DNA of 64,000 bases from Candidatus Uhrbacteria bacterium (GTDB lineage: Bacteria > Patescibacteriota > Patescibacteriia > UBA9934), in NCBI GenBank assembly GCA_963822405.1, contig CAWGHH010000001.1, forward strand, positions 227,717-291,716. The letters are read 5' to 3'. Shown in pieces: positions 22,801-30,959 of the stretch. Under the pieces are notes generated by a model. The model saw nothing but the letters and a program-made list of their open reading frames with translations, was not told the origin of the DNA and did no database searches. Within the stretch, counting starts at the first letter, position 1; every line of letters starts with the position of its first letter. The position numbers were made by a program, and so were the translations under genes.

Positions 22801-25703
22801 ATGACGTTCGCCTAATATTGAACGCTGGAACATGTACTCAGGCGTACGGTCAGGCTTGCGCGGTAGGTACATGTGCGAATACCGGTGCGGCTTGTGCTAG
22901 ACAGGATCAATGCGGCACTACCGGTGGTGCCTGTGTAGTTGGCCAGTGTTATGCGCCTTCCTTAATAGTTCAGTCTTGCTTTAGTGACTCAGATTGTGGC
23001 GGCGGAGGTAAGGTTTGTTTGGGCAGCGTTTGTGCCTCAAAAGGAAATGTAGTGGTTACAGATACCCCAGCTTCAGGTCAAAGCTTATACAAACCAACGG
23101 AGGTTAATAAAGGTTGTGGTACTACGAATAAGTTTGTCAAATCAATCAATCTCAAGGACGGCACCTGTGTAAATGAAAAGTGTTTGCTAGCCCCAGACGG
23201 AAATGCCTTTGCTTTTGGAACTACAGAGGGAAAATCTTGCAAGGCATATCCAGAAACTACCAGCCCATTCTCGTCGGAAGTTGTTACGAACTGGTTTGAT
23301 ACCCTCGAGCAAAAGGTGTTAGTGGCGGATGTGCCAACATATGACGACATTCCTTACCAAAAGAGGTATGGATTTGAGCAGGCGAATACTTGTGCTCCGG
23401 GACAGGATTGTGTCTGCAGCTACAAGAAGGTGACATATTCTCAAGTTACGGGTGCACGGTATTTTGGTAAAACAACTGCAATAAATGGTCGTGGAATTTG
23501 TAGTTCTGGTCCTTATGTTAATAAATCATGTGACACCTATCTAGATTGTTCTAATACCACAGCGCTTGGAGAATGTTCGAAGCCTACTCGCGAAGACATT
23601 CTTCTTGGTATGGACGGTTATTGTTTGGAGCGTGATACGTCTATTAATGTGAACGGTGATCGTAATCAAAGTGCATGTATCAATTGGCTTCCTGTTGACC
23701 AGTTAGCCGGTAGCTCTGACCTTTATGGGAAGAGTACGGAGGCGGGATACTTTAAGGATACATGGGCTTGTGCTGAAACGGATATGTATGCGCAGTTGGC
23801 GCCAAGTCAGGTGCAGGCTACCGCTACTTCTGGTTGGAATGGTTTAACTACAATTGCTTGTGCCGTGTCTAATAATGGAATAATGAGTGCAGAAAAGTCA
23901 TTCGACGCTACTACCGTAAGTAGCTGTCTTAAGAACGCTACATGTCCGGCCGGGTACTGGGCATTGATCGGGCAACCGCACTGGATTGATAGGGGAAATA
24001 ATGGACATATTGCCGACGCATGCAACGTAGGAAACAATGATTGTCCATACGAATGTATTCCTATTGGATCATTTGTTGGAACGCAGTCCTGCGATATCAC
24101 TGGATCGTTCACTACCTCGCAGGCGGTTCCTATTTCGACGGCCAGAGAATCTACAAAACCGAATAACCGTATCGTAGGAATGGATCCTGGCACTGACAAG
24201 GTGGATACCGGTTTATCAAATTTTGATAAATTAGCAAAAGCCCTGTCTCTTTGTCGCACTCCTGCCGTGCTTTGGGATGACTCGATGCCAACCTTGCTCC
24301 ACACGATCTCTACGCCACCCGATCTGTCAAAATATTACAATCTAACCTTCACTCAGAAAAATCCTGACCCAGACGGCTACGAAATTATAGATGCTGTACG
24401 TTTCCCAGCTTGTAAGCAGGTGGTAAAAGTCAGTGACGGTAATATTTTTGCAGGTGCCGCTTGGACTGATCGTATGTTGAATCCGACTTCTGGTTTCGCG
24501 ATTGATAGTTCAGAGGGATCGGTGCGTTACACGTTGGATACTGCTAAACAGCCATATGGTCTTATTTTGGACGATGCGACCACACGTAAGGCACCTTTAT
24601 CTCCTTATGCGGTAGCGAGCTGTCAAAATAAGCAAACCGGGTCATTAATTTCAACGCCTTTGGGTACTGCGCCGTTTAATGTTTGCTATCCGTCAGGCCG
24701 ATGGATGCCGTATTCATCCGTTCCGGCAACTGATCCGGTTGCTCCAGAGGCTCGGTCATTTGTTGGGTTCGATATCAATACTAATGGTAACGGTTACGCT
24801 GGTCAGTGGCTTCCAAAGGGGACCTATTCGAATGCAGTAACGAATATTACACAACTATTCGCTAATCTGAATATTGGAGTCACTGGATCTTGGCGAAAGT
24901 GGACAAGCTGGGTTCCTTCGGGGTCTGTTAGTGGGGCAAACTTGAAGTATGAAACTGTATCTCCGCCAACGGCAGCTCTTGATGTCCGCGCCACGGAAGG
25001 CAATCCGCCAAAAATTTGGGCCATTGATCCGGCTACTTGTAACGGTTCTGAGTGTGAAGAGGGGCCATTAAATGCGATAACGGTTAATGACCAGAATACG
25101 GGGAATGTTTCTTCTTCAGACTTCCTCCGTGCCAGTGTAAAATTCTACGCGGCCGCAGATAAGAATCAGTTGCCATTGCGCCGTGTAATCATGGATTGGG
25201 GAGATGGTAACGAATCCGGTTCCGCCGCCGATGACAACTTCTATAAGAATCACCGCGGTCTTGAGCCAAACAGCACCGTCAGTAAGTGTGACGGCACCTC
25301 CGGCGAATGGGGTCTGACCGCAGAAAGCTGTGATCCAAATTACATCACCTACAGCCATATTTACACCTGTTCGTCTTCTACGCTTCTCAGCACACATGAT
25401 TGTACGGACACTAATAATGACGGCAAATTCGATAACGCGCCATGTATCAAAGAGCCCCGCACCATCGGCGCATCCTGCGTCTACCAGCCACGCGTGCATA
25501 CGAGAGATAATTGGGGGTGGTGTACGGGAGTTTGTACATTGGGAACTGATGGGAAGAGCGGATGTTATGCGGGAAATACCTATAGTGTGAATAGTGCTAA
25601 TGATGTAATAGATAGTGAGTGTTCGTACGGAATATATCCAGATCAAAATTCTACGAATGATCCATGGGTCTATTACAACGGACAGATAGTCGTGAAGCCA
25701 TAA
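16812..25703 (+). CDS. giant (2963 aa) exported cysteine-rich surface protein
   Basis: Signal-peptide-like N-terminus, recurring C-x6-C-x2-aromatic motifs, two CBM-like beta-sandwich segments, DxNxDG motifs, C-terminal DWGDG (PKD-like). Confidence 0.85.
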   Translation: MSQKLNTSLKYLSRLTVGMLLLWVMIMPKVSHALEIPLPPVVNTGLTQEAANSISNAAGAVQAPSPMVVTVGADVPSTLKGILDSVKEYAKSSLTGAIATYLVNLTTFAADEAAREAAVRLVNSGPGGTPLVDQHPWDSYLKDVGAASAGEALGLLNDEITGPGKVLQNFNLCAPGNANVLLSFKFGIKSVFQKQTPKCKVNEVVSNWKGFIADVSTQVGGGQARNQHILTQLADAFDPNTNEFSVGVSLTSNILNNSQEKATLKVEQRLSQNGFQDVTDFISGQVKTPASMIVNDYQQKFNKQGETRNQLSTALLSNTDVLLQIGLHAGSVFTNTLLSKLTEKIYNGWFDVNPALQNTNPFDPSSFAQNNSDVATARLRSIFTATPLEITNYSILSDFSSCPQSNRGIYNCVADSSLISAIARASSGVAVTVQEAMDQGLLKPDWPLIPSSDHARNQDPFCYTYGYCYANLVKLRKARVVSVGWEFAADSEFNSSTNPTTLRKVVAGFNDCDASGQPDTNHPWCKLIDPTWVLKYPQTQCRAAVNGQLLTSGAADERQTECVDMPSCIAEDENGNCTGGYGYCVKEKNAWQFRGQSCPAQFASCITVKNSEKTVSYLRNTTDPGPCTEDNAGCQWYATQKTKQTDGSFKFPATNVLADDVATDTYKNRTYFTSSVEACQAENGGCKELVVRDATLSLNMLVNPNLEDDTDNNAKPDGWIFSAPSSSTLDTASAFSRSGSKAVKTGTGIVYEPGVEFSQGRFYTMSFYARQTVAGGSDIGDMFIGFSADDGSGINLGGTSIMAGANSACVLKDGNNDGKMDAVDVTGKPTGTVYERFSCTFTSPIQANSAARLFAFVDLMPGNAWIDDVQVEQGPKVTNFHSGYSSTTLAKEVVKVPPSYLGCTGASTDPAECAKYAKVCSENDNGCSAYTPANGDPVVTGVVDLGLPLPIVDGQDECPAACVGYDTYRQEGFDMAKNSGSRFEPDGVFPLYLIPSTAKTCRDQDVGCDEFTNLSDESKSYFTYVRACVTPAQAEANTGSDNSATFYTWEGSDNSGYQLKTWDLLQSNLGLSTYTYQNSLGIDTAPGNAPCEHGVATPNGMTCADAVDSNGDQKYDWDTASCDEHSDIFSNSDCREFYDANGVIHYRLWSNTVTVDAACSTYRKTDVVGADLTEKQATCTSSGGFFDVQAGTCRYYGLATGSKTCSAAANGCRSYTGGRSRNSFVAYQDLVEDGNLTKWTSAVPASLVYSNESLATGGHSISTSAPFATLSSSLTGKLPASRTYTLSFLAKGTGTLQAGFDYQAAVASPTIDLAFGSVTVSQGWQQYSLGPLDMSSVSAIFGNGTALAFVPAGNVFVDNIILRAGQDNITLIKNSWSTPAACDLTPTGAPAPQYYLGCQQYSTQTGTKVNVKSFSKLCSADKVGCASFFMTEESASPHAEVHNATCGTIGGAIATVSTACHYGVNATAYDITTPLLCTIGVGSNSCPFNLNWYVAPANLPAHLKYAPSTVITPADKDVFLVVTDDKKCASDAAGCTEYGKPTYNQARTATTGATSKFLKNNPAKYVASGADKSILCSQNALYCSAWTGTGGTQYYFKDPINQTCEYKTNVSVGTVSYSGWFKTGTSELCYNTPNYVIGGNMSGIWKNGDANYAGWVGTCSTQYNSCSEYQDPLAIKTNEIYGNSDGTPYFTLSTSLGSSRSSVTGTDCNGKVSLKGGCALFNDTSVSRKTANASATEMASRHADKLFNTEPYSLVDPIDCDSNATVIHTPSSGDVDLCAKRCAYREGSVKDLTKPDSNTPIYGSSCYTSEDCAPVDSEYGERVKATGCDAATAALRLKDDANTVLAVNRNRECSEWLSCANAQTVWDDASSSYKTICDQVALCTEYSAQGSSSFCSKWNFDAPKVVLTNDRYTSRDVSWYGSEYSGMSIPNLFSVEALEQANVAPKFTCDLSKLQDGGSDNVDLAYFNANNGKWCSLDAECGTGAKFVGTCSGPQGNDVRLILNAGTCTQAYGQACAVGTCANTGAACARQDQCGTTGGACVVGQCYAPSLIVQSCFSDSDCGGGGKVCLGSVCASKGNVVVTDTPASGQSLYKPTEVNKGCGTTNKFVKSINLKDGTCVNEKCLLAPDGNAFAFGTTEGKSCKAYPETTSPFSSEVVTNWFDTLEQKVLVADVPTYDDIPYQKRYGFEQANTCAPGQDCVCSYKKVTYSQVTGARYFGKTTAINGRGICSSGPYVNKSCDTYLDCSNTTALGECSKPTREDILLGMDGYCLERDTSINVNGDRNQSACINWLPVDQLAGSSDLYGKSTEAGYFKDTWACAETDMYAQLAPSQVQATATSGWNGLTTIACAVSNNGIMSAEKSFDATTVSSCLKNATCPAGYWALIGQPHWIDRGNNGHIADACNVGNNDCPYECIPIGSFVGTQSCDITGSFTTSQAVPISTARESTKPNNRIVGMDPGTDKVDTGLSNFDKLAKALSLCRTPAVLWDDSMPTLLHTISTPPDLSKYYNLTFTQKNPDPDGYEIIDAVRFPACKQVVKVSDGNIFAGAAWTDRMLNPTSGFAIDSSEGSVRYTLDTAKQPYGLILDDATTRKAPLSPYAVASCQNKQTGSLISTPLGTAPFNVCYPSGRWMPYSSVPATDPVAPEARSFVGFDINTNGNGYAGQWLPKGTYSNAVTNITQLFANLNIGVTGSWRKWTSWVPSGSVSGANLKYETVSPPTAALDVRATEGNPPKIWAIDPATCNGSECEEGPLNAITVNDQNTGNVSSSDFLRASVKFYAAADKNQLPLRRVIMDWGDGNESGSAADDNFYKNHRGLEPNSTVSKCDGTSGEWGLTAESCDPNYITYSHIYTCSSSTLLSTHDCTDTNNDGKFDNAPCIKEPRTIGASCVYQPRVHTRDNWGWCTGVCTLGTDGKSGCYAGNTYSVNSANDVIDSECSYGIYPDQNSTNDPWVYYNGQIVVKP

Positions 25704-25713
25704 GAAAAAAATC

Positions 25714-25767
25714 GAGCCCCGTGGTGATGGGTTTGGCACCGCCAAACCCTTACGTCACGGGGCTTTT
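25714..25767. terminator. bidirectional hairpin with a REP in its loop
   Basis: AGCCCCGTG...GGGTTTGGC-acc-GCCAAACCC-TTAC..CACGGGGCT between convergent genes. Confidence 0.65.
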
Positions 25768-25770
25768 GCG

Positions 25771-26454
25771 TTACGTGATATTTGGATGGGGATTGGGATT
25801 ATTCCGGTCACGTTCCCATTTGGCGGGGTTTTCGCGGATGTATTCCTGGATTCGTTTTAAATCACTCTTTCCTCTGATAATATGTTCGTAATAATCCCGT
25901 TGCCATAATTTTCCGATTCTTCCAACCTTTCCGAATCGATGACCTTTGGCGTATTCATTATAAAATGCGTTCGTGGTCATCGTCTTGAACCATTGGACGA
26001 AATCCGGAATTCCTTTAAACGCGCTCGCGTCCTCTCCATAACCGGCCGTCCCGGCCGCCGTTGGGGTCGACCCATGCGTCGACCCTTTCCCATCCTCCGA
26101 ACCGTTTTCGGATTTTAACGTCGACCTCTTTTCATTTCTTACCCGCGAAACGATTTCTATAATCCCGTGAAAATGATTGGGCATGGTTACGAATTCATGG
26201 ATACGAATTCCCGGAAATTTCTCCGGTAATTTATTCCAAAATTTATCCACGATCATTCCGTATTCATTTAATTCCATTATCGAAGGTGGATTTGTGCGAG
26301 GGTCGACGCATGGGTCGACCCCAACCTCGCGGATCACGCCGAACCATTCGATTCGGTCTTCGGTGACGGGATTAATAAAATAATATCCGGGTTGGGAGTA
26401 ATCGTATCCCTTTAAACGTAATTCCTTCCTACCGATTTCTTTCCATGAAAACAT
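25771..26454 (-). mobile_element. REP-associated tyrosine transposase (RAYT, IS200-like HUH/Y1)
   Basis: RKELRLKGYDYSQPGYYF, FVTMPNHFHGII (HUH), VQWFKTMTT, LWQRDYYEHIIR, YIRENP..W. Confidence 0.92.
26060..26325. repeat. inverted pair of 26-bp REP palindromes inside the RAYT ORF
   Basis: GTTGGGGTCGACCCATGCGTCGACCC at 26060-26085; exact reverse complement at 26300-26325. Confidence 0.9.
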
Positions 26455-26633
26455 AAAACCCCATTTGTTTGGCCGATATGCGTCGGTCATTTACGCCTGG
26501 GGAGTTATCTATATTGCACCATGGATTTTCCTGTGTTGTACGTGCCGTGTGGATATATAAGAAAACCCCGCCATCTCTCCAGAGGGCGGGGCTTGCGTCA
26601 AGCGTGAACTGACGTTCAGTCCTGATTTCCGTT

Positions 26634-27428
26634 TCAGTACTGCCAGTCACACTGGACGTCGGCGACGTATTGGTACGGGCTGTTGTCAACAACCGTCACC
26701 GAGAAACTTTTTCCGAGCACGACCACCGTATTTTCCAGGTAATAGGGGGCGGGTGGGTTACTAGTCTCAGAGGCCTCAACCCCGTTCACCAGAAGAACAA
26801 TTTGATCGTTTTTCAATTGCATTTCATCGCCAGCATGTCCGACGACGCTCATGTTCGGATTATCCTGCGGATGGATTTTTCCATCCTGATCGATCTTGAT
26901 TACCTGATTATCGAGATCGTGATGACCAAAGGATTCACCTTTGTGGCCATCCGCTGACGTGCTGTACCGCCACTTGTCGTACCCGCACGCGTACGTGCCG
27001 GGTTCGATGGTCTTGTGGAGATCGATGCGGACGGGGGCGGGGACGTTCAGCTGAACGGAGAAGTCCACGGGCATGGCGGCCCAGGGGTTTCCTTCGCCGT
27101 CCATGTACACGGGGTAGCCGAACTGGCCGGCTAGCGTCGGATCTCCCGCTTCCGCCGTGTAGTCGCCGGGGGCGTCCACGGGCTGCGTGTCACCGCTCGT
27201 CAGGGAGTAGTCCTTCGTCGGACCATAGAGGTACACGAGGGCATCGTCCGTGACGGAGGTGAGCTTGAAGACGTCCACGGTCACGGGCGCGAAGCCGGTG
27301 ACGGAAGTGTCTCCAGTGTCGCTCGTGTCGCAGGTCTGGCAGGAGTCCGTATCGGTCTCCTGACAGTCTTTGCACGGGTGGCAGGCGGTGAGGAGGGCGA
27401 GGATGCTGATGAAAGGAACGATGCGCAT
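26634..27428 (-). CDS. hypothetical lipoprotein
   Basis: Lipobox LTAC, Cys pairs and a D/T-rich linker (DTSDTGDTS); AGGAG upstream; GC-rich codons. Confidence 0.75.
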   Translation of the reverse strand: MRIVPFISILALLTACHPCKDCQETDTDSCQTCDTSDTGDTSVTGFAPVTVDVFKLTSVTDDALVYLYGPTKDYSLTSGDTQPVDAPGDYTAEAGDPTLAGQFGYPVYMDGEGNPWAAMPVDFSVQLNVPAPVRIDLHKTIEPGTYACGYDKWRYSTSADGHKGESFGHHDLDNQVIKIDQDGKIHPQDNPNMSVVGHAGDEMQLKNDQIVLLVNGVEASETSNPPAPYYLENTVVVLGKSFSVTVVDNSPYQYVADVQCDWQY

Positions 27429-27693
27429 TGGCGTGTCTCCTGAAAGAAGTGAAGGCTGGGTTTTACCCCGCCCTGGTGAGAACTACGGCCAGGCACTCGC
27501 CCGGCTGGTATGCTGAGATTAGCAGAAAAATGGGAAAAAGTCAACGGATGTGTACAAATAGTGGATTTGGTCGGACAAAAAGGCCTATTTAGAGAAAATA
27601 TCCACAGGATTACAGAGCGGTAGTTTTTAGCTATTTTGTTTGACCTGGCCACGTTGTCCGTATATCGTTACCTGATCATTCTTTATAGAGAGT

Positions 27694-28152
27694 ATGGCCT
27701 GTATTTTTTGTGACATCGTATCGGGGCATGTTCAGTCTTATAAAGTTTGGGAAGATGAAAAGCATCTTGCTTTTTTATCCATTTTTCCTAATACAGTGGG
27801 TGCTACTGTGGTTATACCAAAGAGCCATCACCCGAGTTATGCTTTTGATCTCCAAGATGATGTTTTATGTGATCTAGTGAAGGCTACAAAGCAGGTTGCC
27901 CAGCTTCTTGATAAAAGTTTCGAAGATGTTGGTCGTACGGGCATGGTGTTTGAAGGATTTGGTGTGGACCACGTACACGCGAAACTATTCCCGATGCATG
28001 GCACGAAGATTGCTTCATGGAAAGCTATTCATTCGACGCTGCGTACATTCTATGCAACGTATCCAGGGTATATCGCTTCACACGACGGCGATCGGATGAG
28101 TGACGAGCTCCTTGCGGATACTGCAAAAAAGATAACCGACCTCAATAAATAA
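27694..28152 (+). CDS. HIT-family hydrolase, HxHxK variant (MccH-like)
   Basis: CIFCDIV, SIFPNTVGATVVIPK, FEGFGVDHVHAKLFPMHG. Confidence 0.9.
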   Translation: MACIFCDIVSGHVQSYKVWEDEKHLAFLSIFPNTVGATVVIPKSHHPSYAFDLQDDVLCDLVKATKQVAQLLDKSFEDVGRTGMVFEGFGVDHVHAKLFPMHGTKIASWKAIHSTLRTFYATYPGYIASHDGDRMSDELLADTAKKITDLNK

Positions 28153-28188
28153 AAGGACGGGCCGCACCACTAGGGTACGGCCCGTTTT
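28151..28188. terminator. bidirectional terminator between HIT and aspS
   Basis: AAAAggACGGGCCG...CGGCCCGTTTT. Confidence 0.65.
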
Positions 28189-28189
28189 G

Positions 28190-29506
28190 TTACGGAGTAA
28201 GCCGATTCACACCTCGGTAAAGGTAGGTCACCTCGCGCACGTTGCCGAGTCCGGTGAGGAGCATTAGCATGCGCGTGAGGCCAAAGCCGAAGCCACCGTG
28301 TGGAGGCATTCCGTACCGGAAGAAGTCGAGATAGAACTGAATGCTTGAGGGGTCCAATCCTTTTTCTATCGCCTGCTCTCGCAGGATGTCGTAGCGATGT
28401 TCGCGCTGTGCACCGCTCGTCACCTCCAAGCCGTTCCAGAGCAGGTCGAAGCTCTTGGTTAGGCTCGGATCGTGGGTGTGTCGCATGTGGTAGAAGGGTC
28501 GGACGCCAATTGGCCAGTCTGTCACGAACACGAACTCGTGTCCATGCTGTTCTTTTACCCATTTGCAGATTAGTTTTTCGCCTTCCGGATCGAGATCGCC
28601 ACCCGCTTCGGGTGGAATCACGTGCCCGAGCCCTTCCAGGATTTCGTAGGCCTTGGCCATGGTGATCCTGGGGAACGGAACTGCGGGTACCACGACTTCT
28701 TTGCCGTAGATCTTTCTGATTTTTTCCCCATGTATTTCAGCCACACGGGCGATAGTATGTGCAATCCACCGTTCTTCGATCGACATGACGTCTTCGTGGG
28801 AATCGACCCAGGCCACTTCGACGTCAACGGAAGTGAATTCCGTATCGTGTCGGATAGTGTGCGATTTGTTCGCGCGGAACACGGGTCCGATCTCGAACAC
28901 GCGGTCGAAACCTGCCGCGATTCCCATCTGCTTGTAGAACTGTGGCGATTGCGCAAGGTACGCAGTACCGCCGAAGTACGGCAGGGAGAACAGTTCGGCT
29001 CCGGATTCGCTGCCGTGGCCCATGAGCTTCGGCGAGTGGATCTCGAGGAAGCCATTCATGGTCCACCATTCGCGCATGGCGTGCTCGGCCGTCGTTTGGA
29101 TCTCGAAGACCAGACGGTTTGCTGGGTTCCGCAGATCCAGAAAGCGCCAGTTCAGGCGATCCTGGAGCTGGGGGTTGATTCCGAGCGGGAGCGGCTTTTC
29201 GGCCGGTCCGACCACCGTGATTTGCTCGGGGATGATCTCCACCCCACCGAGTTTCACCTGGGGGTTGGCTACGAGCCGGCCAGTGATGTCCACGGCGGCC
29301 TCAGGTACCAGCTGGCTCAAGATGGTGGCGAGCTCACTGCCGGCTTCCGGCTTGAAGTACGTCACCTGTACCCAACCGGTATGATCACGCACGACCAGGA
29401 AGGTCATGCGTTTTTTGTCGCGCAGGTGTTCCACCCACCCGCACACCCGTACGATCTGTTCTCCACCGACAAGGGAAAGAGTCCCGATGAGATTCCGCTG
29501 TAACAT
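28190..29506 (-). CDS. aspS: aspartate-tRNA(Asp/Asn) ligase, short archaeal-type, probably non-discriminating
   Basis: OB domain, YLAQSPQFYKQ, FRANKSHTIRHDTEFTSVD, EVTSGAQREH, PPHGGFGFGLTR; no GAD insert; GGAGG before the ATG at 29506. Confidence 0.92.
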   Translation of the reverse strand: MLQRNLIGTLSLVGGEQIVRVCGWVEHLRDKKRMTFLVVRDHTGWVQVTYFKPEAGSELATILSQLVPEAAVDITGRLVANPQVKLGGVEIIPEQITVVGPAEKPLPLGINPQLQDRLNWRFLDLRNPANRLVFEIQTTAEHAMREWWTMNGFLEIHSPKLMGHGSESGAELFSLPYFGGTAYLAQSPQFYKQMGIAAGFDRVFEIGPVFRANKSHTIRHDTEFTSVDVEVAWVDSHEDVMSIEERWIAHTIARVAEIHGEKIRKIYGKEVVVPAVPFPRITMAKAYEILEGLGHVIPPEAGGDLDPEGEKLICKWVKEQHGHEFVFVTDWPIGVRPFYHMRHTHDPSLTKSFDLLWNGLEVTSGAQREHRYDILREQAIEKGLDPSSIQFYLDFFRYGMPPHGGFGFGLTRMLMLLTGLGNVREVTYLYRGVNRLTP

Positions 29507-29531
29507 TGTGCCTCCTAGAGTTGTACTGATG

Positions 29532-30851
29532 CTACGGATAGACCGAGCGTCGGAAGGTACGAGGGAAGGGGATTGCATCCCGCACATGGTTGATGTTGAG
29601 GAGCCATCGCATGAGGCGTTCGACCCCCATGCCGAAGGCAATATGAGGCACGGGTCCGAATCCGCGCAGGTCTCGAATCCACTCGTACCGGGCGTCGCCC
29701 AGTTTCCCTTTTTCCGCCATTCGTTCGTCAAGCATCGGAAGTCCTACGATCTTTTCAGCTACACCGAGCAGCTCACCATATCCACGTGGAGCAATCAGGT
29801 CAGCAGTTCGCGTTACCTCCGGGTCGTCCGGATCGATAACGTACGGAAAGGGTTCCACCACGCGTGGAATGCCCATGATCCAGAAGGGACCGGTGTAGTT
29901 CTTTGAGAGGATGTCTTCCTCGGCAGAGCTGAGCCCTTTACCAAAGGAGATATCACAGCCCTTAGCCTGCAACTGGCTGATCGCATCGCGATAACGCAGG
30001 CGCGGGAAGGGTCCGTTCAGGCCCTCGGTGGAGTAGGAAGTACCGAGTACTTTGGTCGTCTCTTCTCCACATTCGCGACAGGCATGAGTGAGGCCCGCAA
30101 TGATGTTTTCCACGAGGGCGATAATGTCCTCGAGATCGCCGAACGTGGCTTCTGCCTTGATGTGCCAGTATTCCATGAGGTGCCGCTTGCTCCGGCTTTC
30201 CTCCCCGCGAAAACTGGGACCGATGTTGTAGACTCGCTCGAGCGCATGTGCCGCGCTCTCGAGGTAGTAACCCACGCACTGCGTGAGCAAAACCTTCTCG
30301 CCATTGATTTCGAGTCCGAGCGCGCTATTATCTTCGTAAAGTGGCACCGGCGTCAGGATAGGCGCAGTGATCTCTACGAAGCGATGATCGCGGAACCAGC
30401 GTCGTGCTTCCCAGAGAAGGGAGTCGCGAAACCGCATGATCGCAGCGATTTTCGGATGGCGAAGGTATAGGTGGCGATGCGCGAGCAGGTGATCGCTCAG
30501 ATTAGGATCGAACACGTCGAAGTCCTCCCTGAGCTGTGGCGAGATCTGTTTTGTGGCAGCTGAGATGATGGATAGTGAATCGGCCTTCACTTCCAGGTCC
30601 CGCGTATGTGGGTTCTCTTGTAAGTGACCATCGACTCGTACCGAGCTCTCAACTAGAGCGCGTTTTGCGGCCTCGAAGTCAGCTTCTGGCACTATCGATT
30701 TGTCCATTATGACCTGGATTTTGCCGGTGCTATCCGACACGTCCAGAAAGATTGCTTGTCCATGTCTCCGGCGTGCGGTGAGCCAGCCAAGAAGCGTGAC
30801 AGGCGTCCCGACACCGAGATATTTAAGGTCCTTGACGTAAATACTTTTCAC
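29532..30851 (-). CDS. divergent asparagine-tRNA ligase-like class IIb synthetase
   Basis: OB domain (LLGWL..RR..IFLDVSDSTGKIQ), RHLYLR, motif 2 FRGEESRSKRHLMEYW, motif 3 GMGVERL; amino-acid-pocket residues non-canonical. Confidence 0.85.
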   Translation of the reverse strand: MKSIYVKDLKYLGVGTPVTLLGWLTARRRHGQAIFLDVSDSTGKIQVIMDKSIVPEADFEAAKRALVESSVRVDGHLQENPHTRDLEVKADSLSIISAATKQISPQLREDFDVFDPNLSDHLLAHRHLYLRHPKIAAIMRFRDSLLWEARRWFRDHRFVEITAPILTPVPLYEDNSALGLEINGEKVLLTQCVGYYLESAAHALERVYNIGPSFRGEESRSKRHLMEYWHIKAEATFGDLEDIIALVENIIAGLTHACRECGEETTKVLGTSYSTEGLNGPFPRLRYRDAISQLQAKGCDISFGKGLSSAEEDILSKNYTGPFWIMGIPRVVEPFPYVIDPDDPEVTRTADLIAPRGYGELLGVAEKIVGLPMLDERMAEKGKLGDARYEWIRDLRGFGPVPHIAFGMGVERLMRWLLNINHVRDAIPFPRTFRRSVYP

Positions 30852-30959
30852 AACGCACCACCAAGCTTGATTGGTTCATCCAATGCTCCCCTGTGAAGCA
30901 TTCGGACCCTTGATCTTGGCTAAAATGAGAGATTCTGTCAAGCTATCGGAGGAGGTCTC

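Noticed and set aside
25771-26454. Classical IS200/IS605 element with TnpB
   Set aside because: No tnpB adjacent; the motifs and REPs fit the RAYT class.
28190-29731. 513-aa version of AspRS from the ORF track
   Set aside because: The extra 75 codons overlap the upstream synthetase; the ATG at 29506 has a GGAGG site and begins the OB domain.
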